A stretch of 64,000 nt of DNA from Verrucomicrobiota bacterium (GTDB taxonomy: Bacteria > Verrucomicrobiota > Verrucomicrobiia > Opitutales > Opitutaceae). Numbering within the stretch: the stretch's first letter is position 1; each line of letters starts with the position of its first letter. Below the pieces are notes generated by a model, which ran no database searches, was not told where the DNA came from, and was given only the letters and a program-made list of their open reading frames with translations. The translations under genes were made by a program, and so were the position numbers. Location of the stretch: NCBI GenBank assembly GCA_023391285.1, contig JAEWBF010000055.1:6705-70704 (forward strand), in the 5' to 3' direction. Below, in pieces: positions 18,916 to 28,411 of the stretch.

Positions 18916-21858
18916 CTAAAAGCTGAGGGTGGCCGTGAGCCGATACGTGCGCGGCACCGGCAGATAGATCGTGTAAGCCACGCCGTCGCGGAGCAGCCCG
19001 AGATTTTCAAACGTCTGGCGCGCCGCTCCGGAGGGCTCTGCTCCCGCGACCGGCTGCGGATCTTGCAGATCGAACAGATTGTCGATGTTGAGCTGCAGCT
19101 TCAGCCGGAAGCGGTCGTTGAGCTTGCGATGGTAGGAGATCATCGCATTCCCCAGGATGTAGTCGGGCGCATACACCGGCTGCTCGTCGGTCACCGTGCG
19201 ATACGCGATCAGCGACTCGCCGCGATATTGCACGCCCGCTCCCAACGCGAGGCCCTTGAGCGGCCCGTCATTACTGAAGCTGTAGCGACCAAAGAAATTG
19301 GCCGTCGTTTCGCGATCCTGGAACGGCGAACGTCCTTCCGGCGCCGTGAGCACCACCATCAAATCGTCCAGGCCTTGAATCAGACTGCCCACCGTCGAGC
19401 CGGCGGGCACACCCGGTTGCTCGATCGGAGTGCTTTGGTCGGCGGCGAGCCAGGTCGCCCGGTTGTCCGCCAGATACTTCTTACCCCAAGGGAAGAGTCG
19501 GCTGCTCACCGTCTCCGCATTCTTGTAGTTGAACGTGAGCGTGATTTGGGGCGTCGGGTTGGCGGTGAGCTCAAATTCATAACCTTCGCTCTGCAGGCTG
19601 CGCGTGTCGCGCCCACCGAGGTCCACCGTCTGCCCCATCGCGTTCCAAATCGCTTCGGACCAGACGAAGAAGTTCCCGTCCATCGCCACGTTCTGGTTCG
19701 CGTCCGCCGTTTCATACCAGCCGACCGACGCACCGATCTTGCCGTCGAAGAGCCAGAACTTCACGCCTGCATCCGTGCCTTCGCCGGAACGATTGCCAAT
19801 CGACGTGAGATTGCCGATCGGCCCGATGACTTCATCGGCGCCGTTGTCCTGAAAATTGTTCGCCCGATTGTAGTAGAGCGACAACCGGTTCGGCAGCACG
19901 TGAAACACTACGCCGCGCGTGAACGTGTCCCCCTTCACCGAACGCAGCAATCCGCTGCGCTGAAAACCGCGGACCGCCGCCGTGCCCGGCTCCACCGCCG
20001 GCGTGGAATTATAGAGATCCTCTTCGTCGGTGCGCCAACCGAAGAGACCGACGATGCGATCGTCCCAAAAGTAGTTCTGCATTGCGAACATCGAGGTCTG
20101 CGTCTCGTTGCGGCTCCACTCCCAGATGCGGTTCTCCAGCGACGGCTGCACCATGGTCCCGGACCGATTCGCCACCGGGCGGACGCCCGCGGACGCCAGT
20201 GCATCGAAGGGATCTCCCATGCCGCGGTCCACCTCGTTCGCCGCGAACGGATCGTAGTAGTTGCCCCAGAAGATGCGGTTGTCGTTATGGAAATACGATG
20301 GCTGTGCCCGCGTCGCATGACTGTTCACCCAGCGGCCGGTGCGGCGTTCGCTCTCGTAACCTTTTTCCGAATACAACGCGGCGAGCCGGTGGTGGCCGAG
20401 AATCCGGGCCCACCGCGAGTCGTCCAGCAGCTCTTCGAAATCGAGGGTGTAGGCTGCCGTCGCGCGGCGCTCCTCCCGGAAATATTTGCGCCAGATATGG
20501 CTGTCCTGGCCGAAGCCACCGCTCGAAATGAGCACCGTCTTCCCGAAGTTCGGATTCTGCACCATGCCGGTTTGGACCCCGTTGGCATCGAAGCTCGGCA
20601 GATAGGCATTCGCGTCCTTGCGAACCCGATACGTCCCGAAGTTCATCGGCGAAATGATGTCTCGCTGCTCATACTCGCCGGATGCCGCGAGTTCGATGAA
20701 GAGGTTTCGTCCGATCTGCTGCTCGATGAATACGCTGCCCACCTTGGCGTCCGAGTCGCTGCGCGCGCCCGCGCCGAGCGGGTTCGCGTTGCGCGGGACG
20801 ACGCTGAAATCGAGGACGTTCGGCGGAGTATTGAGGCCGGGAATCGCCGGGGTGGCGCCGTCCGACCAGCGGAACTGTTGCGTGCCTACATTCCAGACAA
20901 ACTGATCGGCCCACAGGCCGTCCGACATGAAAACGATCGCTCCACCCGCGGCGTTTACGGTGCCGGCGGGAGCCGTGCCCCAGGTGGTCGCCGTGTGAGC
21001 ACCTGGCGATCCCGCGAGTTCCCACCCCTGGTAGGCTTCAAACGGCGTCCACGGACGTGCCCGATTTTCCGAAATATCCATCCGCTCCGCTTCGAAACGG
21101 ACGGTGGTCTTCTGGAACGGCCGCCAGGTGCCGGCAATCGCTCCGCCCTTCTTGTCCTGAAACTCGAAATCGCGATAACCCTCTTTCTCCTGCCAAAGCG
21201 CGTTCACGCGCACCGCGGCCTTTTCGCCCAGCGTTTGGTTGTAGTCGAACGACCCGCGGCGTTCGCCAAAGCTTCCCGTCGATACCTGCACCGAGCCGAA
21301 ATCGCGATCGGTCCGCGCGCTCTTCGTCGTCGAGTTGATGATGCCCGCGGGCGAGCCGATGCCGAAGAGCACCGAGTTTGGTCCGCGGGAGAAATCGAGT
21401 CGTTCGGTGTTGTAGAAATCGATGTTCAAACCCGTCGCCATATAGTTGCGGGCCCGCCCTGCGCCGGAGATGCCGCGCATGCGCGTTTGGAAATTGTTTT
21501 CGACGATGCCATTTCCGGTCGTGTCGTAGTCCGTCACTGTGTTCACCGCGAACTCCAGCGCGTCGTTCACCGTTACCGCTCCTAAATCGTCCAGGAGTTC
21601 CTTCGTGAACACCGAGATCGGCGCCGCGAGGTCTTTCAAATCGGTGTTGAGACGGCTGCCCGCGAGCGTGCTCGCGGCCGCGTAGCCTTGGTCTTTTTGG
21701 CTGCTCACCACGAAGGTGGAGAGTTCGACGATGTCCTGGTCGCGAGTGCCGGTGTCGTTCGCGGCGGATTGCGCGAAAGCGGAGAGATTCAGCGCGGCGG
21801 CGCCAAGAGCGGCTGCGCTCCAGCTTCGGAGCCGGCGCGGAGTAAGGGAGGATTTCAT
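18916..21858 (-). CDS. TonB-dependent receptor
   Basis: 'IVELSTFVVSSQKDQGYAAASTLAGSRLNTDL', 'ERLDFSRGPNSVLFGIGSPAGIIN', C-terminal 'PRTYRLTATLSF'; start MKSSLTP. Confidence 0.92.
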   Translation of the reverse strand: MKSSLTPRRLRSWSAAALGAAALNLSAFAQSAANDTGTRDQDIVELSTFVVSSQKDQGYAAASTLAGSRLNTDLKDLAAPISVFTKELLDDLGAVTVNDALEFAVNTVTDYDTTGNGIVENNFQTRMRGISGAGRARNYMATGLNIDFYNTERLDFSRGPNSVLFGIGSPAGIINSTTKSARTDRDFGSVQVSTGSFGERRGSFDYNQTLGEKAAVRVNALWQEKEGYRDFEFQDKKGGAIAGTWRPFQKTTVRFEAERMDISENRARPWTPFEAYQGWELAGSPGAHTATTWGTAPAGTVNAAGGAIVFMSDGLWADQFVWNVGTQQFRWSDGATPAIPGLNTPPNVLDFSVVPRNANPLGAGARSDSDAKVGSVFIEQQIGRNLFIELAASGEYEQRDIISPMNFGTYRVRKDANAYLPSFDANGVQTGMVQNPNFGKTVLISSGGFGQDSHIWRKYFREERRATAAYTLDFEELLDDSRWARILGHHRLAALYSEKGYESERRTGRWVNSHATRAQPSYFHNDNRIFWGNYYDPFAANEVDRGMGDPFDALASAGVRPVANRSGTMVQPSLENRIWEWSRNETQTSMFAMQNYFWDDRIVGLFGWRTDEEDLYNSTPAVEPGTAAVRGFQRSGLLRSVKGDTFTRGVVFHVLPNRLSLYYNRANNFQDNGADEVIGPIGNLTSIGNRSGEGTDAGVKFWLFDGKIGASVGWYETADANQNVAMDGNFFVWSEAIWNAMGQTVDLGGRDTRSLQSEGYEFELTANPTPQITLTFNYKNAETVSSRLFPWGKKYLADNRATWLAADQSTPIEQPGVPAGSTVGSLIQGLDDLMVVLTAPEGRSPFQDRETTANFFGRYSFSNDGPLKGLALGAGVQYRGESLIAYRTVTDEQPVYAPDYILGNAMISYHRKLNDRFRLKLQLNIDNLFDLQDPQPVAGAEPSGAARQTFENLGLLRDGVAYTIYLPVPRTYRLTATLSF

Positions 21859-22021
21859 GTTGCGCGGACGGGGGTTGGTTTGCTCGGGCAGGAAAGCGGG
21901 CCTGCCCTTTTCCATCAGGTAGGTCGCCTGCTCCTCGCCGCCAACGGCGCGAAATCTGATCCTGTTTAGATTTACCGTTGGCACGCCCCGATCAGGCATG
22001 CGCACGGGGCGCGACCTCGTG

Positions 22022-23050
22022 TCAGCGACGTCGGTCCGGGAGAGTTAAACCCTCGTGCCACTGCGGTTCGATGAGAAGTTTGCGCTGCACCTTGGGAAGG
22101 CCCCACTCATCCTCACTCATCGCTGCCACGAGCGCATCGACTCCGACACTGCCAATGTTGCTGGTTTCGCGCTCGACTCCCGTCAACTCGGGCGACTCGT
22201 CGACCACCACGCCGAGGCCTGCGAACGCCACATCGCCGGGCACACGACGGCCCGTCGACAAAATCCATTCGTGGACTCGCGAGATGAAGCCGATGACGAC
22301 CTCCGGTTTGTGGCGGTCGAGCCATCGGACGAAACTGTCGCGATCGCGATGATCGCTCGTGAGCAGCGGGATTCGTTCCGACGCCCGTAACCAATCCTGC
22401 TGCGACGCCAGCGATGCACCCAACCGCGCGCCGTCGTCGAACGCACGCGGCTGGTGCGACAAGATCGCTCCACCCACCCGGCGATAGCCGCGATCGATCA
22501 CGGTGCGCCAAACCACACGCGTCGCCTGAAACGTATCCGGCGCGACGGTATGAAACGGCACCTCGACCCAACCCACGTCCAAACACATAACCGTGAACTT
22601 CTCCGCCGGAAGCTCGAGAATGCTCGGGCCTTCGATGTTGGCGAACTGCGGCACCATCAGGCCGCGAACGCCTCGATGGTGCAGCACGCGACTCGCCGCT
22701 CCGATGGTCGCGTAGTCCGCGAGATCGAAATCACTCAGGATATAACCTCGCTCTTCCGCCCGCCGCCTGGCCGAAGCCAGGAATCGGCGATGCGTGTCGT
22801 GATTCTCCATTCGGCTGTCGACCAGATACGCCAGCGCCGCGCCACTGCCCGTCTCGTGTCCCGCCCACCGCTGCCGCGCCAAGGTCGCGAGCGCCGGATC
22901 GGGCCGGTAGCCGAGTTTCTCCGCCATCGCTCGCACCTTCAGGCGCGTTGCCTTGGCAATGCTAGGATGATTGCGCAGCGCCAACGAGACGGTCGTTTTG
23001 CTGAGCCCGAGACGGCGCCCGATGTCTTGCTGAGTGACCCGACGTTTCAT
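22022..23050 (-). CDS. LacI-family transcriptional regulator
   Basis: 'VTQQDIGRRLGLSKTTVSLALRNHPSI...LGYRPDP'; start MKRRVT. Confidence 0.9.
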   Translation of the reverse strand: MKRRVTQQDIGRRLGLSKTTVSLALRNHPSIAKATRLKVRAMAEKLGYRPDPALATLARQRWAGHETGSGAALAYLVDSRMENHDTHRRFLASARRRAEERGYILSDFDLADYATIGAASRVLHHRGVRGLMVPQFANIEGPSILELPAEKFTVMCLDVGWVEVPFHTVAPDTFQATRVVWRTVIDRGYRRVGGAILSHQPRAFDDGARLGASLASQQDWLRASERIPLLTSDHRDRDSFVRWLDRHKPEVVIGFISRVHEWILSTGRRVPGDVAFAGLGVVVDESPELTGVERETSNIGSVGVDALVAAMSEDEWGLPKVQRKLLIEPQWHEGLTLPDRRR

Positions 23051-23069
23051 TGATCCAAAGCCCGCTGCC

Positions 23070-24179
23070 TCACTTGCGTGATCGAGCCGCGTTGGATTTC
23101 CTCTTCGCACGAGCGCGTGGAGACTTGGAGCGCGCCACGGTCTGGTTCGTCGACTCCGGCGCTCGCGCTAGCAAAGTTGTCCCTTCGTGCCACTCCGGCT
23201 CGAGCAATAGCACCTGCTGCGCGTTCGGCACGCCCCAGTTATTGTCGAGCATTTGCGCGATGAGAAAATCCACCGCGCTCCGCGCAATCAGTTCGGTCTG
23301 CAAGCTCACTCCGGAATAGGTCTCGTGCGGCCAAGCGTGGAGAGACGCGAGGCCGATGTCTTCCGGCACGCGATACCCCGCTTCGGTCAGCCACCGATAC
23401 GGTTTCGCCGCAATCAGCGATATGATCGCGTCCGGCCGATACTTCTTCACCCAGGCGAGGAACGCCTCACGATCGCTTGGCGGACAAAGCAAGAACGGCA
23501 CCCGGTCCGCTTCCGCCACCAATTCCATCTGCTCGGCATACGACGCTCCCAGTCGCGCAAAATCGTCCACCGCCACCGGCTGATGCCGAAATATCGCCGC
23601 TCCGATCCGCCGATACCCGCGTTTCACCACCTGCTGCCACGCGAGCCGCGCCCCTTCGAACTTGTCCGGCGTCACGATATGGAATGGCGTGCGCAGCCAA
23701 CCGATCGAGCAGCCGACGACCGTGAACTTCTCCCACTGAAAATCATGCAGATCGGGATCCACCTCGGGCGGCATCGTCGGCAGGATCACACCGCGAATGC
23801 CACGGTTGAAGAGCACCTTGCTCGCGGCCGCACCATTGGGATACGCCGATAAATCGAATTCCACGAGATTGTAGCCGCGCTCTTCCGCCCGCTGGCGCGC
23901 ACCCGCCAGATGTCGTCGCTGCAATTCGAGTTCGGGCCGCTTCTTGTGCACGAGGTAAACCAACGTGACGCCCCGATCGGTTTCTTGATTCGCCCACCGA
24001 TGTCGCGCGAGCATCGCAATCGCTGGATCAGGCCGATAGCCCATCTTCTCCGCCATCTCGAGGATCTTTCGCCGCGTTTCCTCTGGGAGCCGCGGACTCC
24101 CCCGCAAGGCCAGTGACACCGTCGATTTATCGAAACCCGTTTTCTCTCCGATATCGCGGTGGGTAACGCGTAGATTCAT
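23070..24179 (-). CDS. LacI-family transcriptional regulator
   Basis: 'VTHRDIGEKTGFDKSTVSLALRGSPRL...MGYRPDP'. Confidence 0.9.
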   Translation of the reverse strand: MNLRVTHRDIGEKTGFDKSTVSLALRGSPRLPEETRRKILEMAEKMGYRPDPAIAMLARHRWANQETDRGVTLVYLVHKKRPELELQRRHLAGARQRAEERGYNLVEFDLSAYPNGAAASKVLFNRGIRGVILPTMPPEVDPDLHDFQWEKFTVVGCSIGWLRTPFHIVTPDKFEGARLAWQQVVKRGYRRIGAAIFRHQPVAVDDFARLGASYAEQMELVAEADRVPFLLCPPSDREAFLAWVKKYRPDAIISLIAAKPYRWLTEAGYRVPEDIGLASLHAWPHETYSGVSLQTELIARSAVDFLIAQMLDNNWGVPNAQQVLLLEPEWHEGTTLLARAPESTNQTVARSKSPRARAKRKSNAARSRK

Positions 24180-24359
24180 CGGGATGACAACGAGCGCCCA
24201 CGGCCCGGCTTGTCAATCGCCCGACGCGGCAGCTAACGATCCTGCCGCATTCCGCCATCGCGTATCCACGACCAGCACGTCGGATCGTCTGGTGGTCTCG
24301 CTCGAGGGGTGCTCCACCCCTTTCGACCTGCGGAAACGATTCTCGTGTTCTGAAACTTC

Positions 24360-26714
24360 ATGTCACTCGTCCTCATCGATCGCCCCGCCAACTGGGACGG
24401 CACCTTCGCCTGGTCTAGCGACCGCCGAGGACATGGCCTCACCCTCTGCCATTTCCGGCTCGTCTTCGTTCTGGACGACATCCCGCCGCAGTTGCTCGCC
24501 CACGTGACCGCCGACAGCCGGTATCGTTTGCTGGTTAACGGAGAACTCCTCGGCCGCGGCCCGCTCAAGGGAACGCTCGAGCACTATCACATCGAAACCT
24601 ACGATCTCGCGCCTCATCTCCGCCCCGGCCGCAACGTCCTTGCCGCCGAAGTCCGCTGGTTCGGCATTCACGCGCCGATGAGCGAGGTTCACGGTCCGCT
24701 TCCGGGCCTGATGGTCCGTTGCCCAGCGCTGCCGACGCTCGACACGCCCGGCGAATGGCGCGCGCGAATCGACGTTTCCGTTTCGCCCGACACCACCTCC
24801 TATCACGAAAACGCCCAACACTTCCTCAATCACACCGAATGGATCGATCTGCGTCTGCGCGATCCGGCGGACTGGACGTCACTCGACTACGACGATCGTG
24901 CTTGGGAATCGGCCGTCTCATCGGGGCCGCCCTTGAATCACAGCACCACCTGGGGCGTCGCCGATCTGCGCACGCTTTTCCCGCGCGACGTCCCGGCGCT
25001 CACCGAGGAGCTCCGCCGCTTCGCCCGCACCCTCCGCGATCATCGCGTGCAAGCGCACGCGTTCGATAGTCCCCCCACCGGTTGGAAACTGCCCGCGGGG
25101 ATGGGCGGCACGTTGATTCTCGACGCCGGCGAGCTGACGACCGCGTATCCAGAATTCTGCTTCAAAGGCGGCCGCGATCGCGAGGTGCGCATCACCTACG
25201 CCGAAGCGATGGGCACCTGGCAGGAGAAAGACGGAAAGCGCATATGGCAAAAACACGTGCGCGACGATCTCGCCGGCGAACCTCACGGCTACCGTGACAC
25301 GGTCGTGCTTTCGGGACGCGGCGACCGCTTCGAGCCATTTCACTGGCGCACCTTCTGGTTCGTGAAAATTGAGGTCCTTCCCGGCGCCGAGAGCTTCGAG
25401 CTCGCTGATGCCACGTATCGGCGCTGCGTCTATCCGCAGAAGCTCGCCGCGTCGTATGTATCGTCCGATCCCGAAAGCACGGCGATGTGGGAGGTCAGCT
25501 GGCGCACGCTTGAACTCTGTGCGCACGAGACCTACGAGGACTGCCCCTACTTCGAGCAGCTCAACTACATCGCGGACACGCGGCTGCAGGCGCTCGCCAG
25601 TCTCTATCTTGCCAACGAGCATCGGCTCGCCCGCCGATGCATCCGGCTGTTTCGCGATTCGCTCAACTCCGAAGGTTTGATTGGCGCGCGCGAGCCGTCG
25701 GTCCAGCGGCAAACGATTCCGTTCTTCTGCCTGCACTGGATCTTCATGGTCGAAGACTACTGGCGCTGGGTCGGAGATCGTGACGTCGACTTCGTGCGTT
25801 CATGCCTCGCGGTGGTCGACAGCCTACTCGTGTATTTCCGAAATCGTCTGCGGCCCGACGGATTCGTCGGCGAAGTGCCGCGCTGGAATATGGTCGATCG
25901 CGCCAGTGAATGGTTGCGCGGCGAGCCGCCCGCGATGGTCGCTGGCGAGTCGACGTATCTCACCTGTCTCTACATCCAAGCGCTCGTCGCCGCGATTGAC
26001 CTGCACGATCAGGCCGGCACGTCCAAAGATGCCGACCGCTGGCGAACTCTGCCCGATTTGCTGCGCGCTGCGGTGCGCCGCGAGGCTTGGGACGCAGAAC
26101 GCGGGCTCTTCCTCGAAGGCCCTGATCGGCGGGACGACCGCATTTCTCAACATACCCAATGCGCTGCGATCGTTTCCGGCGCCGCCACCGAAGAACAGCG
26201 AGCGCGGATCTTCACGCGGCTGCTTCACGACCAAGATCTTCTCCCCGCGCAGCACATGCAGTCCTTCTACGTCGCGCGCGCGCTCGAAGAAACGAATCAC
26301 TACGGCGAGTTTCACACCAAGCTCCTTCAGCCGTGGCGCGACATGCTCGCTCACCACACCAGCACGTGGTGGGAATACCCGAATCCCACGCGCAGCGATT
26401 GCCACGGTTGGAGTTCGTGGATCGCCGTCGACTTCCTCTCCACCGTCCTCGGCATCAGACCCGCGGCGCCAGGGTGGACCGCCATTCGGCTCATGCCCCA
26501 CTGCGACGGACTCGCTTGGACGCGCGGCTCCGTTGAAACGCCGGTCGGCCGCATCGCGGTTTCGTGGCGTCGCGACGAAACTCAACTCATTTTCGAAGCC
26601 GAAACACCGCGCGGAATCCCGGTCGAATTGCATCTCCCCGGCGAGCCGCCGCAACATTTCCCCCACGGCGGGCCCATCCGCCTCCTCGCCCCGGCGCTCT
26701 CGGTGCACGCCTGA
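24360..26714 (+). CDS. GH78 alpha-L-rhamnosidase-like protein, no signal peptide
   Basis: 'VTADSRYRLLVNG', 'HETYEDCPYFEQLNYIADTR', 'TWWEYP..RSDCHGWSS'. Confidence 0.88.
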   Translation: MSLVLIDRPANWDGTFAWSSDRRGHGLTLCHFRLVFVLDDIPPQLLAHVTADSRYRLLVNGELLGRGPLKGTLEHYHIETYDLAPHLRPGRNVLAAEVRWFGIHAPMSEVHGPLPGLMVRCPALPTLDTPGEWRARIDVSVSPDTTSYHENAQHFLNHTEWIDLRLRDPADWTSLDYDDRAWESAVSSGPPLNHSTTWGVADLRTLFPRDVPALTEELRRFARTLRDHRVQAHAFDSPPTGWKLPAGMGGTLILDAGELTTAYPEFCFKGGRDREVRITYAEAMGTWQEKDGKRIWQKHVRDDLAGEPHGYRDTVVLSGRGDRFEPFHWRTFWFVKIEVLPGAESFELADATYRRCVYPQKLAASYVSSDPESTAMWEVSWRTLELCAHETYEDCPYFEQLNYIADTRLQALASLYLANEHRLARRCIRLFRDSLNSEGLIGAREPSVQRQTIPFFCLHWIFMVEDYWRWVGDRDVDFVRSCLAVVDSLLVYFRNRLRPDGFVGEVPRWNMVDRASEWLRGEPPAMVAGESTYLTCLYIQALVAAIDLHDQAGTSKDADRWRTLPDLLRAAVRREAWDAERGLFLEGPDRRDDRISQHTQCAAIVSGAATEEQRARIFTRLLHDQDLLPAQHMQSFYVARALEETNHYGEFHTKLLQPWRDMLAHHTSTWWEYPNPTRSDCHGWSSWIAVDFLSTVLGIRPAAPGWTAIRLMPHCDGLAWTRGSVETPVGRIAVSWRRDETQLIFEAETPRGIPVELHLPGEPPQHFPHGGPIRLLAPALSVHA

Positions 26715-26724
26715 GGGTGAGTGG

Positions 26725-26749
26725 GTCGGGGCGTGAAACCCCTCCCACA
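26725..26749. repeat. REP-like half element (family A)
   Basis: GTCGGGGCGTGAAACCCCTCCCACA resembles the right arm at 9707-9730. Confidence 0.7.
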
Positions 26750-26757
26750 TCAATTTC

Positions 26758-26784
26758 TGTCATTCTGAGCGGAGCGAAATATCC
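26758..26784. repeat. REP-like element (family C), uninterrupted copy of the IS110 target repeat
   Basis: TGTCATTCTGAGCGGAGCGAAATATCC; compare 38871-38887 joined to 40469-40478, and the reverse complement of 40520-40546. Confidence 0.8.
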
Positions 26785-26902
26785 AAGGCGGCGATCGCCA
26801 GCCGACGCACACGAACGGATATCGCTTTCTTCGATTCGCCCCAGCGGTGCGACCGCCTCTCAGCGATCGCCGAGGAATAAAGCTCAGCCCGGAGCACCAG
26901 GC

Positions 26903-28381
26903 CTACTTTTTACCCGTGCTGAATGCCTCCCGCGCAAACTTCAGTGCCTCGTCGCTCGCACCGAGATTTTCGCTCCGCTCTGCATACGGCAACTTCAGCG
27001 ACAGCTTCGCCGCACGTCCGCGCGCGGGCGAATTCTTCGCCAGCCGAAAATCACCTTCGGCCGGCGCCATAAACCGCGGATCTTCCACCAACGTCGCCTG
27101 GCGACCAAACGCTCGCGACACACCGTAGCGCGACGTCGAATCCGTCGGCTCCGCGGCTTTCGCCACCCACGGAAAAACCAGATTCGCCTGCACGCTCGCG
27201 TGCTTCACCGTCGCGTTGTCGTCCGCGTCCTTCACTTGCACGCTGCCGATTCCAAACGCCCCGCTGTCCACCACGATGTTGTTCGCTACCGTGATCGCCT
27301 CGGCCACCGGCGAGCGCAGATCGATCCCGCCCGTTCCGCCCGCCCAGTGGTTCACTGTGCCGTTTCGCACCAAGGTATTATGCGCGATCACAATCTCGCG
27401 CCGTTCCCCATCGAGACCCCACCGCCCGAAATAGACCCCCGAACCGCGCGTGCGCACGAAGACGTTGTTATGCACCCAAATCTTGCGCATCCACGCCCCT
27501 TCGCCTTCGCACGAAAGCACCACGCCCCATTCGCAATCTTCGACGTAGTTGTGATCGAACGACACGTTTTCGAGCATGCCATACCACGCATCGGCATACA
27601 GCGCCTGACGATGCACGCGCCGAACGATGTTGTGGTGAACGCGCCCATCTCGCGATGCTTCTTTCACATCGATGCCTTCCTTGTGGCTGTCGTGAACATG
27701 ATTCCACGCGATTTCGAAATCGGTCACACCCCCCAGCGAGATCGCCTCGTGAGGTGCTTCGCGCGGCTTCGGCTGAGCCATGTCGCGCATCTCGAGGTTA
27801 TTCGCATCGGTCACCGTGTTCCGCAGGATGCGAATGTGATGCGTATTCCACGCTCCGATACCGCACGAATAGGTGTGCGCCGTCCGGATGTTCTCGATGT
27901 CAACGTGATGGCTCGGCCCGCGAACAAAGATCCCCATCGCGAGCGAGTTTTTGAGCGTCAGGTCCTCGAAGCGCACATACGACGGTCCTTCGACGTGCAC
28001 CATTCCGGTCGCGCCGAGCCGCGCGCTCACCTGCGGCGTGTGTTTCCATTCGCTGCCGTCGATGATGGCCTCGCCATCGCCCGCCCCCTTGATCACCACC
28101 CACGCCTTTTCCCGACCGCCCGGGCCGAGACGCAGCGGCTCCGTCAGCTTATACGTGCCCGCTTTCAACAGCAGCGTGTCGCCGGGCTGCAATTGCTTCA
28201 CCGCATGATGCAGCGAGGTGAACGGCCGCGCACGCGTGCCGTCCCCCGGTTCGGTGGCATCGGACGCACCCGGGGCCGCGTAGAGTTCGCGCGCTTGGAC
28301 CGATGAAGCCACAGCCAGCAAACCGAGGCCCAACAGGACAAACAGCCGCCGAATAAACGTCAGAGAGGATGTTGGTAACAT
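26903..28381 (-). CDS. Secreted right-handed parallel beta-helix protein (pectin-lyase-like fold; possible lyase or hydrolase)
   Basis: Signal peptide; 'GDGTRARPFTSLHHAVKQLQPGDTLLLKAGTY'; repeated 'IxxNxV' rungs; 'DPRF..GDFRL..SPA'. Confidence 0.8.
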   Translation of the reverse strand: MLPTSSLTFIRRLFVLLGLGLLAVASSVQARELYAAPGASDATEPGDGTRARPFTSLHHAVKQLQPGDTLLLKAGTYKLTEPLRLGPGGREKAWVVIKGAGDGEAIIDGSEWKHTPQVSARLGATGMVHVEGPSYVRFEDLTLKNSLAMGIFVRGPSHHVDIENIRTAHTYSCGIGAWNTHHIRILRNTVTDANNLEMRDMAQPKPREAPHEAISLGGVTDFEIAWNHVHDSHKEGIDVKEASRDGRVHHNIVRRVHRQALYADAWYGMLENVSFDHNYVEDCEWGVVLSCEGEGAWMRKIWVHNNVFVRTRGSGVYFGRWGLDGERREIVIAHNTLVRNGTVNHWAGGTGGIDLRSPVAEAITVANNIVVDSGAFGIGSVQVKDADDNATVKHASVQANLVFPWVAKAAEPTDSTSRYGVSRAFGRQATLVEDPRFMAPAEGDFRLAKNSPARGRAAKLSLKLPYAERSENLGASDEALKFAREAFSTGKK

Positions 28382-28411
28382 AGAGTAGTTGAAAAATATT
28401 ACACGCAGCTT

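Noticed and set aside
18799..21585. 928-aa plus-strand ORF, and similar long antisense ORFs (3997..5778, 5821..7413, 60487..62670, 15108..17015)
   Set aside because: Shadow frames of well-supported genes in high-GC DNA
21978..21993. TTGGCACG, sigma-54 -24-like box
   Set aside because: No TTGC -12 element, and it faces away from the minus-strand genes
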